A stretch of DNA of 64,000 bases from Candidatus Krumholzibacteriota bacterium (GCA_963764625.1 CAVXTH010000006.1:800001-864000); one strand, 5' to 3'; shown: positions 29,495 to 37,643, counted from the first letter of the stretch. Notes: generated by a model from the letters alone, not told the origin. Numbers and translations are program-made.

Positions 29495-31672
29495 TCACGC
29501 TGCCGGGGTGTTTCGCAGGTCGCGCAACCAAACCCGGCCCGTGGGCACATCGACGTGGCTTAGCAAGACCTGCACCGGCTGACCGAGACCATAGCGCTTC
29601 CCGGTGCGTTCGCCCAGCAGGCAATTGCGCTTTTCGTCGTACAGATACCAATCCCCGCTGAGCTCATCAAGCCCCACGAATCCGTCCATCCCGCAGCCCC
29701 TCAGTTCCACGAAGAGCCCGCTGCGCACCACCCCGACGATGGTCCCGGACCATTCCTCTCCCACTCTGTCCGCCAGCCAATCGGCGGCGCAGATGTCCCG
29801 GCAGTCCCGTTCGAGCACGGTGGCCCGGCGTTCCTGGAGGCTGCAATGATCGGCGAGCCTGAGAGTCTCCTCCCAGTCCGCTGCCTCCGCCAGGTTCTCC
29901 GTGGCGAGGTGGCGCGCTTCCTTCAGGGCATCGTTCAGCCAGCCGCCGTTGCGGCGCACGAGAACGTGGAGCCAGCGTTGATTTTGCAAATCTGGATAGC
30001 GACGGATGGGCGAAGTGAAATGGGTGTAGAAATCGAAGGCCAGACCGAAATGCTTGCCGCGTCCCCGGCGATACGAAGCGCGCATGAGAGACCTCAGGGC
30101 CAGGAGGGACACGAGCGATTCCAGGCGACTTCCTTTCACCCGGCGAAAGAGCTCCTGGTAATCCTTTCCCCCCACCGGCTCATCCGGAAACCAATCCACT
30201 CCCAGCTCTTTGAGAGTCTCGATCAGGGCGGAGACTTTCAGTTCGTCCGGGTCTTCGTGCACCCGCCACAACAGAGGCAAGCTCGCCGCGTGTAAGGTCT
30301 CCGCCACCGCGCGGTTCGCCTCGAGCATGAATTCTTCGATGATCCAGTGCGTGGTGAGCAAGGCTTTCTCGCGCACACCGCTCACGCGTCCGTCTTCGCC
30401 GAACTCCACTTCGAATTCCGGACGCTCCACGAAGAGCGAACCATTCTCACGCCTTCGCGCGCGCAACTTCTCCGCGAGCTGCAGCATGGAGCGCAGGCTT
30501 TCCCGCAGAGTCTCCACTTCCAATTCGGGAACCACTCGTTCGGGTGAAATGAGCGCGTCGCTTCCGTCCAGTAGCGCTTGCGCCTGACGATAGGAAAGCG
30601 AGGCGCGACTGCGAATGACCGAGGGACCCAGACGAATCCCCTTTCGTTGCCCTTGCGCGTCGTACTGAAGGAACACGGTGAACGCGTCGCGCTTCACGCC
30701 GTGGTGAAGGCTGCACGCATTCGACGAGAGGAACTCCGGCAGCATGGGCACCACTTGCCCCGGCGGATACACGCTCGTGGCGCGTGCGCGCGCCTCCCTG
30801 TCCAGCGCGGTGTGGGGGGTGACCCTCGACGCCACGTCCGCGATGTGCACCCCGAGGAGAACGCCGCCACCTGGCAGAGCCTCGAGGGAAACCGCGTCGT
30901 CATGGTCCTTGGCGTCTTGGGGATCGATACTGAGCACGAAGAGTTCGGAGAGATCCACCCGGGTGTCCACCGGCACCGGGTCGCTCGTAGCGAGCGCGAG
31001 CGCCCGCTCGCTGAAGTGGCGCGGCCAGCCCTCGGTGGCGAGGCGTCGCTCCATGGCCGGCAGGGGTCGATCGGCCGGTCCCAAGACCAAAAGCCCACGC
31101 GCTACCGGCTGCTCGGTGGTGGGCTCGAAGGCGTCCACTTCCGCGGTGGCCAGCTGGTCGGCGGCATCGCGCGGAAGCTCGACCCCTTCCTCCACGAAGA
31201 ACCCTCCGGAGAGCCCGGGGATTCTCAGCTCCGGCAGAAGCACCCAGCGCTTTCCCACCGGCAGCAGCTTACCCAGAATCCGCCGTCGTTCGGCCCGCAG
31301 GATTCTCCGCAGAATCGCGGTCTCCACGCCCTCGATTTTGCGGCGGGCGATCTCCACCCGGTCGCCCTCCACCACGGAGGCGACGTCCTCTTCGCGCAGA
31401 GGCAGAGATCCTCCTTCTGCCAATTCGACGCGAACTGGCTGCTCGAAGGTGGAGAGGACGGTGGCTTTGAGGACGACGGCGCCGGAGAGTGCTTGCATTC
31501 TCCGGCGCGGCAGGCGGGCGATCCGGCCGTCTCTGGCGAGTTGGAGCGCCTGACGGCGGAAGGCGCCATAGTGGTGGCGCGCGACACCGAGCGCGCGCGC
31601 CATCGCCTTGAGCTTGAAGCTTCGATGCGGATTCCGCTCGAGAAAGCGCAGGATCTCGAGTTGCCAGTCCAC
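29495..31672 (-). CDS. rnr: Ribonuclease R
   Basis: SIDPQDAKDHDDA, HIADV, IEEFMLEAN, YTHFTSPIRRYPD and a C-terminal S1 domain; GTG start at 31672 after GGAGAG. Confidence 0.93.
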   Translation of the reverse strand: MDWQLEILRFLERNPHRSFKLKAMARALGVARHHYGAFRRQALQLARDGRIARLPRRRMQALSGAVVLKATVLSTFEQPVRVELAEGGSLPLREEDVASVVEGDRVEIARRKIEGVETAILRRILRAERRRILGKLLPVGKRWVLLPELRIPGLSGGFFVEEGVELPRDAADQLATAEVDAFEPTTEQPVARGLLVLGPADRPLPAMERRLATEGWPRHFSERALALATSDPVPVDTRVDLSELFVLSIDPQDAKDHDDAVSLEALPGGGVLLGVHIADVASRVTPHTALDREARARATSVYPPGQVVPMLPEFLSSNACSLHHGVKRDAFTVFLQYDAQGQRKGIRLGPSVIRSRASLSYRQAQALLDGSDALISPERVVPELEVETLRESLRSMLQLAEKLRARRRENGSLFVERPEFEVEFGEDGRVSGVREKALLTTHWIIEEFMLEANRAVAETLHAASLPLLWRVHEDPDELKVSALIETLKELGVDWFPDEPVGGKDYQELFRRVKGSRLESLVSLLALRSLMRASYRRGRGKHFGLAFDFYTHFTSPIRRYPDLQNQRWLHVLVRRNGGWLNDALKEARHLATENLAEAADWEETLRLADHCSLQERRATVLERDCRDICAADWLADRVGEEWSGTIVGVVRSGLFVELRGCGMDGFVGLDELSGDWYLYDEKRNCLLGERTGKRYGLGQPVQVLLSHVDVPTGRVWLRDLRNTPAA
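29562..29577 (-). promoter_or_regulatory. Possible sigma54 promoter for the pilZ gene, inside the rnr 3' end
   Basis: CGGTGCAGGTCTTGCT (GG-N10-GC with TTGC); it lies in coding sequence and could be chance. Confidence 0.3.
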
Positions 31673-31697
31673 GACGCGTACTCTCCGGCGGACGGCG

Positions 31698-31793
31698 CTA
31701 CTTGTTCTTCTTCTTGTGCCGATTCTTCCGCAGACGCTTCTTGCGTTTGTGGGTGGCGATCTTCTTGCGCTTCCGCTTCTTCCCGCTGGGCAT
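31698..31793 (-). CDS. 31-aa basic peptide, bS22/AURKAIP1-COX24-like ribosomal protein
   Basis: Below the ORF-track length cutoff. Manual translation MPSGKKRKRKKIATHKRKKRLRKNRHKKKNK with a GGAGG RBS. Confidence 0.85.
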   Translation of the reverse strand: MPSGKKRKRKKIATHKRKKRLRKNRHKKKNK

Positions 31794-31845
31794 CTGACCC
31801 TGACCTCCGATTCACGACTTGCCAAAAGAAGTCGCAGGTAACGAT

Positions 31846-31873
31846 AAAACACCACCCACCGCAAGGCAGGTGG
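31846..31873 (-). terminator. Intrinsic terminator-like hairpin between hup and the bS22-like gene
   Basis: CCACCTGCC-TTGC-GGTGGGTGG followed by TGTTTT. Confidence 0.55.
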
Positions 31874-31961
31874 CCGCCTGAGAGCTGAACCCCGAGAGAG
31901 GAACTCGCCTGAGTCCGGCTAGAACGACCTGGCCGGGCCTTTCGCGGCAACTCCGGAGGAG

Positions 31962-32276
31962 CTAGAGCGAGCCCGCGCCGAAGCCGGCTTGGCCTTCGCT
32001 AGAGCCGTCGACGAGCGCCTTGAGCTCGTTGGAGGCCTTGAAGTAGGGCACAAGTTTCGACGGAACTTCCACCGCGTCGCCGGTCCGGGGATTCCGCGCT
32101 TTGCGAGAACGCCTCTCCTTCACCTTGAAACTGCCGAATCCGCGCAGCTCCACTTTGTCTCCCTCGCACAGCGCCCGGGAGACGTTCTCCAGAATGAGAT
32201 CCACGACCACGCCCGTATCTTTCTTCGAAAGACCCGTCCCCTGCGCGATCATCTCGACGAGCTCGGCTTTGGTCAT
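31962..32276 (-). CDS. HU/IHF family DNA-binding protein
   Basis: MTKAELV, VELRGFGSF, ARNPRTG and PYFKAS motifs. Confidence 0.95.
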   Translation of the reverse strand: MTKAELVEMIAQGTGLSKKDTGVVVDLILENVSRALCEGDKVELRGFGSFKVKERRSRKARNPRTGDAVEVPSKLVPYFKASNELKALVDGSSEGQAGFGAGSL

Positions 32277-32382
32277 CGACTCCCACTCCCTGCAATGGGT
32301 TCCCGGCGGCGCCTCAAGCTACTGGCGAGCGATGGTGGAGAGAGGTTCTCTGCTCTGTTGCAAATTCATCCAACCATGAGAA

Positions 32383-32411
32383 GTGATAGCAGTCGCTCCG
32401 AGCCAAGTCAA
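32383..32411 (-). promoter_or_regulatory. Sigma70-type promoter for the HU/IHF gene
   Basis: TTGACT-N17-TATCAC. Confidence 0.45.
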
Positions 32412-32434
32412 TGACAAAATTGAACTTGGCCCGC

Positions 32435-32716
32435 TCAGACCGCTCGAGGCGCCTCCACCTGGACCTCGTCCACCACCCCCACGATCACGGTGCGCACCGG
32501 CCCGGCGCTCCCCAGAATCGTCCGCGCCGCCGCGCCGTCATCCACGAACAGGACCTCTTCCCCCACCCCGACCCCGGTCACGTCGACCGCAATGAGGGGA
32601 TCGCCCCCCGACAGCCCAGCCAGAGGAAGCGGCTGCAGAACCAGGAGGCTGCGGCCTTCCATCTGTGCGTGCTTCACGCTGCCCACCACCGTGCCCACCA
32701 CGCGCGCGATCCTCAT
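32435..32716 (-). CDS. BMC vertex protein (BMC-P, EutN/CcmL family)
   Basis: MRIARVVGTVV...IAVDVTGVGVGEEV...IVGVVD. Confidence 0.92.
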   Translation of the reverse strand: MRIARVVGTVVGSVKHAQMEGRSLLVLQPLPLAGLSGGDPLIAVDVTGVGVGEEVLFVDDGAAARTILGSAGPVRTVIVGVVDEVQVEAPRAV

Positions 32717-33021
32717 GACTCGCCCCGGGGGAAGACCCTGCGCAACTGCCCCCCGCTCAGCATCTGGAGCTCGTCCAGAATCCCCACGATCGCGCAGTCG
32801 ACCGGGTTGAAGGGATCGGCGAGACTATTGGCCGCCTCGCGGCTGCGCACGAACCACACGATCTCGTCCCGATTGGCCGAGACCGTATCCGCCGCCACCG
32901 CGATCCTCCCCTTGTCCTGCAGGGAGAAATCGAGCGGTTGGATCAAGAGGAGCCTCTCTCCCGCGAGGCCCTCCGTCTTGCGGGTGGCGACGCAGGTTCC
33001 GATGACGCGCGCCAGCTGCAT
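32713..33021 (-). CDS. BMC vertex protein (BMC-P, EutN/CcmL family)
   Basis: MQLARVIGTCVATRK...VAADTV...PVDCAIVGILD. Confidence 0.92.
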   Translation of the reverse strand: MQLARVIGTCVATRKTEGLAGERLLLIQPLDFSLQDKGRIAVAADTVSANRDEIVWFVRSREAANSLADPFNPVDCAIVGILDELQMLSGGQLRRVFPRGES

Positions 33022-33022
33022 C

Positions 33023-33631
33023 TCAGGCCTCCCCGTCGGGGGAGATGACGCCCCTCAGCGGAGATTCTTGGCCCGCTCCGCCGTCCAGATAGGCGGCGTA
33101 GTCGGGATGGGGACGGGGAAGGATCGCGGTCTGCACCAGCATGCTGGGGATGCGCAGCGCGCCGACGCCGGCCTGCACCGCTGCCTCGACGTCCGCCACC
33201 TCTCCCGCCAGGTGGTACACCGCCTTGCCGCCGATGCCCGCGCCCAGCCGGATGGAAAGCAAGCGAACCGCGGCGGCCTTCAGGGAGGCATCCGCCGCCC
33301 GCAGAGCGGCAGACACCGTCGCGGTTTCCACGACTCCCATCGCGGCGACTCCGGCAGCGGGAAGAGAACTCTGCAGCGCGCGCGCCAGCTCGGAATGAAC
33401 CCGCGGCAGAAAGAGAGCGTCCACGAGTTGTTCGTCGCAAACCTGGAGGCCCTTTTCCATCGCGGCCTCGACCTCGGCGATCGCGCCTTCAATCGCCACT
33501 AACAACTTTCCGGGGGAGACTGGCGTCGCCATCAGAAGATGGACGGAGGCCGTCTTGAGCATCGCATCGCACACGAGCGAGCCGCGAGCAAGACTGCTGC
33601 ATTCGATGAGCCCTAGAGAGGTGGTGTCCAA
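33023..33631 (-). CDS. Tandem-domain BMC shell protein (BMC-T, PduT/HO-T1-like)
   Basis: Two BMC domains: LGLIECSSLARG...DAMLK...PVSPGK and GVVETATV...ADASLK...IGGKA...PRP; TTG start at 33631. Confidence 0.88.
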   Translation of the reverse strand: MDTTSLGLIECSSLARGSLVCDAMLKTASVHLLMATPVSPGKLLVAIEGAIAEVEAAMEKGLQVCDEQLVDALFLPRVHSELARALQSSLPAAGVAAMGVVETATVSAALRAADASLKAAAVRLLSIRLGAGIGGKAVYHLAGEVADVEAAVQAGVGALRIPSMLVQTAILPRPHPDYAAYLDGGAGQESPLRGVISPDGEA

Positions 33632-33641
33632 CGCGGTCCCC

Positions 33642-35165
33642 CTAGACGATGCGGAATTCGCCCACGAGAGTGCAGCGCCGGCGCCGCGAGAAGGAGCGGG
33701 GATCGGTGAGTCCCTCGCCAGTGGGAGTGGCGATGGTGAAAGAGGTGTATCCCTCTCCCCCCTCACCGAGTCCGGCGAAATTGGGACCGTTCTTCACGAA
33801 GATCGACGCGTTGCACATGCGGGCCATCTTCCCGAGACGATCCACGCGTTTGCTGTGCATGACGAAGGTGTGACCGTTCCCTGCCTCCATCTCCACCGCC
33901 AGGCGCATGGCCTCTTCCGCGTCGGCCACCGCGCACAAGGGCATCATGGGCATGAGCTGTTCGGTCCACAGCAGGGGATGGTCGCAGGAGACCGGCCAGA
34001 TGGCCAGGCGACAGCTCTGTGGAACTTCGACGCCGATCTTGGCCAGGATCGTCCGCGCCGTCTTTCCCACCCACTCACGGTTGATGACGGCCTTCTTCCT
34101 CGGGCCCCGCATCTCCTGGAAGATCACTTTTTCCAAGCGCGTGATTTCATCGGCCGAGAGGATGCGATTCCCGCAGCGCTCGAGCTCTTTCAAGAGCTGA
34201 CCACACACCGACTCCACCACGATGATTTCCTTCTCACAGGTGCAGATGATCCCGTTGTCCAATCCGCCCCCCAGCGTGATGTCGCGCGCCGCTTTCGCGA
34301 GGTCCGCGGTTTCGTCCACCACCGCCGGTGGGTTTCCTGGGCCGCCGGTAATGCACTTCTTCCCCGAATCGAGCGCCGCCCGCACCACTCCCGGTCCCCC
34401 GGTGACCACGAGGAGACGCACCGTCTTGTGCTGCATGAGGGCTTGCGCGGTCTCCAGCGTGGGATCCTTTACGCAGCAGAGTAGATTGCGGGGCGCTCCG
34501 ACTTCCAGCGCGGCTTCGTTCATGATGGACATCGCGAGCCGGCTGACGTTTTTGGCCGCGGGATGGGGATTGAAGACCACCGTATTCCCCGCCGCGAGCA
34601 TGGCGATGCCGTTGTTGATGATGGTCTCGCTCGGATTCGTCACCGGAGTGATCGAACCGATCACGCCGTAGGGAGCCCACTCGCAGAGCATGAGACCGTC
34701 GTCCCCGCTCATGCTCTCCGGACAAAGAATCTCTGGACCGGGAGTCTTGCGGATGACGAGTCGGTTCTTGATCTGTTTGTCCTCGGCCCGGCCCAGTCCG
34801 GTCTCGGAGACCGCCAGCTCGGAAAGAAGAGGGACACGCTCCTGAAGACGCTGCCGGATGACCCGGATCATCTCCTCGCGCCGCTGCAGGGGAAACTCCT
34901 GGTATTGCTCGAAGGCGGCCCGGGCCGCGCGCACCGCTTCGTCCAAGGTGGGGAAGACCCCGTGCATGGCGGCTTGGGGGGACGCTCCCCCGCCGGGTAT
35001 TCCCTGCCCCAGACTCGCCGGTCGCGGGGGGCGCGTCGTGGCGTGCGAGGGACCTGGCGCTGACGAACCCACGGCGGCGCTCGCAGCGCGTTCGCTCTGC
35101 ATCGCGGCGGCGCGGCGTTGCGCCGCGCGCACCAGCTCGGCCAAGCGATTGTCGTTGAGCGACAT
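33642..35165 (-). CDS. CoA-acylating aldehyde dehydrogenase (EutE/PduP family) with N-terminal encapsulation peptide
   Basis: PYGVIGSITPVTNP, VTGGPGVV, GPGNPP, catalytic DNGIICTCEK and TIATPTGEG motifs; N-terminal amphipathic NRLAELVRAA plus a Pro/Ala/Ser linker. Confidence 0.93.
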   Translation of the reverse strand: MSLNDNRLAELVRAAQRRAAAMQSERAASAAVGSSAPGPSHATTRPPRPASLGQGIPGGGASPQAAMHGVFPTLDEAVRAARAAFEQYQEFPLQRREEMIRVIRQRLQERVPLLSELAVSETGLGRAEDKQIKNRLVIRKTPGPEILCPESMSGDDGLMLCEWAPYGVIGSITPVTNPSETIINNGIAMLAAGNTVVFNPHPAAKNVSRLAMSIMNEAALEVGAPRNLLCCVKDPTLETAQALMQHKTVRLLVVTGGPGVVRAALDSGKKCITGGPGNPPAVVDETADLAKAARDITLGGGLDNGIICTCEKEIIVVESVCGQLLKELERCGNRILSADEITRLEKVIFQEMRGPRKKAVINREWVGKTARTILAKIGVEVPQSCRLAIWPVSCDHPLLWTEQLMPMMPLCAVADAEEAMRLAVEMEAGNGHTFVMHSKRVDRLGKMARMCNASIFVKNGPNFAGLGEGGEGYTSFTIATPTGEGLTDPRSFSRRRRCTLVGEFRIV

Positions 35166-35182
35166 TCTGTCTCCGAGACGAT

Positions 35183-35470
35183 CTATTTCTGGTAGACGAG
35201 TTTCCCGGCGATCTCGAGCGAATCGACGATTCCCATCACGATCGCATCCACGGGGCGTTCCTTCGTGAGCTCCGTCATTCTCGAGGACGAGCCGGAGGCG
35301 TAGATCACCACTTCTCCCACACCCGCTCCCACCGCGTCGACCGCCACCACGTAACTGCCCACCGGCTCGCGATTCACGTCGACGGTCTTGAGGACGAGCA
35401 GTTTCACCCCCCGTAAGCTCTGCTCCTTACGGGTGGCCACCACGGTGCCGATGACCTCGGCGAGTTGCAT
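35183..35470 (-). CDS. BMC vertex protein (BMC-P, EutN/CcmL family)
   Basis: MQLAEVIGTVVATRK...VAVDAVGAGVGE...GSSSR...PVDAIVMGIVD. Confidence 0.94.
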   Translation of the reverse strand: MQLAEVIGTVVATRKEQSLRGVKLLVLKTVDVNREPVGSYVVAVDAVGAGVGEVVIYASGSSSRMTELTKERPVDAIVMGIVDSLEIAGKLVYQK

Positions 35471-35473
35471 GGG

Positions 35474-35764
35474 TTACTTGCCGTCGGCCACGCCACCGAT
35501 GGGCAAGGTGTCTTGCACATTCATGTGGGGCCTCGGGATGACATGGACGCAGATGAGCTCGCCGATCTTGGAAGCAGCAGCTCCCCCCGCATCGGTGGCC
35601 GCTTTCACCGCTGCCACATCTCCGCGCACGATGGCGGTGCAATAGGCACCCCCGATTTTCTCGTATCCCACCAAGCTGACGTTGGCAGCCTTCACCATGG
35701 CGTCCGCTGCCTCCACCATGGCTGCGAAGCCACGGGTTTCGATCATCCCCAGCGCTTCCTTCAT
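35474..35764 (-). CDS. BMC hexamer shell protein (BMC-H)
   Basis: ALGMIETRG...[10 protein letters not shown]...[11 protein letters not shown]...HVIPRPH; AAGGAG RBS. Confidence 0.96.
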   Translation of the reverse strand: MKEALGMIETRGFAAMVEAADAMVKAANVSLVGYEKIGGAYCTAIVRGDVAAVKAATDAGGAAASKIGELICVHVIPRPHMNVQDTLPIGGVADGK

Positions 35765-35836
35765 GGCAGCTCGTGCTCCTTGCTCTAGAGAACTCAAGGG
35801 GTTGCGGCACCAGTGGCGGGCGCAGCCCGAGGGCGA

Positions 35837-35865
35837 AACCTAGCAGGGGGCTCAGTTGGTGTCAA
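35837..35865 (-). promoter_or_regulatory. Sigma70-type promoter of the BMC operon
   Basis: TTGACA-N17-TAGGTT. Confidence 0.65.
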
Positions 35866-35879
35866 TGGAGGGGAGAGTC

Positions 35880-36040
35880 GCAAGAGAACGCTCCTGCGGG
35901 CCCGCAGGAGCGTTCTCATCCTCAATCAACGGAGGAAGTTTATGCGCCACCCACATCAGCCGCGTGCCGGCACTGACCAAAACAAACCAGCGAAGGGTAT
36001 GAGCAGCCCGACAATCCCGTGCGTGGCAGGCGGCGCGTCC
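35880..36040 (-). ncRNA. Candidate sigma54-dependent small RNA (~160 nt)
   Basis: Bounded by a -24/-12-like element and the palindrome; long helix whose G-U wobbles only pair on the minus strand; CUUCCUCC motif; no convincing ORF. Confidence 0.45.
35884..35917. terminator. Perfect 34-bp palindrome; probable terminator of the upstream small transcript
   Basis: GAGAACGCTCCTGCGGG|CCCGCAGGAGCGTTCTC is an exact inverted repeat; only a weak U-tail on the minus strand. Confidence 0.6.
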
Positions 36041-36049
36041 TTCTGATGC

Positions 36050-36065
36050 ATCAAGACGCGTGCCG
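36050..36065 (-). promoter_or_regulatory. Sigma54-like promoter for the sRNA candidate
   Basis: CGGCACGCGTCTTGAT (GGCACG-N4-TTGA); AT-rich IHF-like site TTTCAGTCACTTA upstream at 36105-36117. Confidence 0.45.
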
Positions 36066-36143
36066 CCAAGCTTTCCCGGGGCAAAATCGATATAGCGCAA
36101 TTAATTTCAGTCACTTAGGCTTATGGCCCTGCCGCGGGCCCTC

Positions 36144-37484
36144 TCAGCTCTCGCGCATTCCGCGCACGGGGCGACGGGCCGCGTGCAGCGTGCGCATCAG
36201 TTCCTCGTACGCGGGCTTCCACTCGACCCTGCGCCGAGAGAGAACGGTGCGCAGGGTCGCCAGCGCCTTTTCCAGCTCGTAGTCGACGAGGCCCGCGCTT
36301 CCTCCCCAACGAAAGCTCTCGACGTGGCGCGGGGGAAAGTCGGCCCCAAAGAGGTTCACGCAGACGCCCACCACCGTGCCCGTGTTGAACATGGTGTTGA
36401 TGCCACAGCGGACGTGGTCGCCCAGAATCGGCCCCAGAAATCGCTGCTGCGTGTCGATCTCCCCCGAGCCGAGATCGACCCGCACCGAGCCGTAGTTATT
36501 CTTCAGGTCGCTGGCGTTGGTGTCGGCGCCCAGATTCACCCAGCTTCCGAGGTACGCGTGGCCCAGAAAGCCATCGTGCTGCTTGTTGCTGAGATCCAAA
36601 ATGACCGCTTCCTCGAGCTCGCCCCCGAGCTTACAGAGAGCCCCCACGGAGGATCCCTCCCGCAGTCGCGTCATGGGATGCAGATGAGATCCGGGTCCGA
36701 GATAGGCCGGACCCTGCACCGTCACGTTCGCCTCGATCACCGCACCGGCGCCAATGAGGATGGGCCCCGACTCGGCGTCGAGCACCACGCCCGGTTTGAC
36801 CTTCGCCCCCGGTCCAAAGAGCACCTCACTCTCTGCCAGGATGTGCACCCCCGGATAGAGGATGGCGGTGCTGGAGTCCCCGAAGCCGCGCTGACCCAAG
36901 AGTTCGATCGCCGGTGCGCCGTCTTCGAACACCACCCCAAAGATCCGGCGTGGAACCGCACCCTGGCGGGCAATGCTGGCGAAGTCACGCCGCAGGTCCT
37001 CCTCGTTGGCCGCGATCAGGTCCCACGGGTGAGAAAAAAGCACGAGGGACGAGGGGTTCGACTGCAGGGCTACCAGTGAGCCCATGTCCCCCTGCGCGCA
37101 TTTCCGCGCCGCGGCGGCGGAGAGCCAGGCCGCACCCCACCGGGGCTTCGCTTCCAAGCTCGCCAGGAAAAGCTGGTCGCGCGAAGCGACGTCTTCGTAG
37201 AGCGCGCGCAGCTCTTCCACCGAAATCCTGAGCCGCGCGTTCAACACCAGGACCCGCGCATCTTCGTCGATCGGCTGGAGCAGCTCGGGAAGGCTGAGCG
37301 AGAGAAGGGCCCGCAGCTCATGGCGCACGTAGGCGCGCACACGTCCCGTAGCCACCATCTCCGCCCGCTCGCGCAGGTTCAACGCGCCGCTGCGGAGCTC
37401 GAACATCGGCCGGGTGGAGGACACCGGCCACAGCTGATCCTGTGCGCCGTCTTCCACCAGGAGAATGATCGGATCCTTGGCCAT
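36144..37484 (-). CDS. GlmU-like putative sugar nucleotidyltransferase/acetyltransferase (hexapeptide repeats)
   Basis: LWPVSSTRPMFELRSG, NKQHDGFLGHAYLGSWVNLGA, DLKNNY and INTMFNTG; left-handed beta-helix repeats. Confidence 0.85.
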   Translation of the reverse strand: MAKDPIILLVEDGAQDQLWPVSSTRPMFELRSGALNLRERAEMVATGRVRAYVRHELRALLSLSLPELLQPIDEDARVLVLNARLRISVEELRALYEDVASRDQLFLASLEAKPRWGAAWLSAAAARKCAQGDMGSLVALQSNPSSLVLFSHPWDLIAANEEDLRRDFASIARQGAVPRRIFGVVFEDGAPAIELLGQRGFGDSSTAILYPGVHILAESEVLFGPGAKVKPGVVLDAESGPILIGAGAVIEANVTVQGPAYLGPGSHLHPMTRLREGSSVGALCKLGGELEEAVILDLSNKQHDGFLGHAYLGSWVNLGADTNASDLKNNYGSVRVDLGSGEIDTQQRFLGPILGDHVRCGINTMFNTGTVVGVCVNLFGADFPPRHVESFRWGGSAGLVDYELEKALATLRTVLSRRRVEWKPAYEELMRTLHAARRPVRGMRES

Positions 37485-37567
37485 GCGGTCCTCCTGCGGC
37501 GAGGCAGAGAGACGAGAGAAGGGCGACCTCGCTAGAGACCGCCCTCTCCCCATTCAGTCCGTCGAAG

Positions 37568-37643
37568 TGGTGGAGCCAAGGGGGATCGAACCCCTGACCT
37601 CATGACTGCCAGTCATGCGCTCTCCCAGCTGAGCTATGGCCCC
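37568..37643 (-). tRNA. tRNA-Ala(GGC)
   Basis: GGGGCCATAGCTCAGCTGGGAGAGCGCATGACTGGCAGTCATGAGGTCAGGGGTTCGATCCCCCTTGGCTCCACCA; 76 nt with encoded CCA. Confidence 0.97.

Noticed and set aside
35852-36100. 82-aa minus-strand ORF across the sRNA candidate
   Set aside because: TTG start with no RBS, runs through the promoter and palindrome, and has no protein-like features
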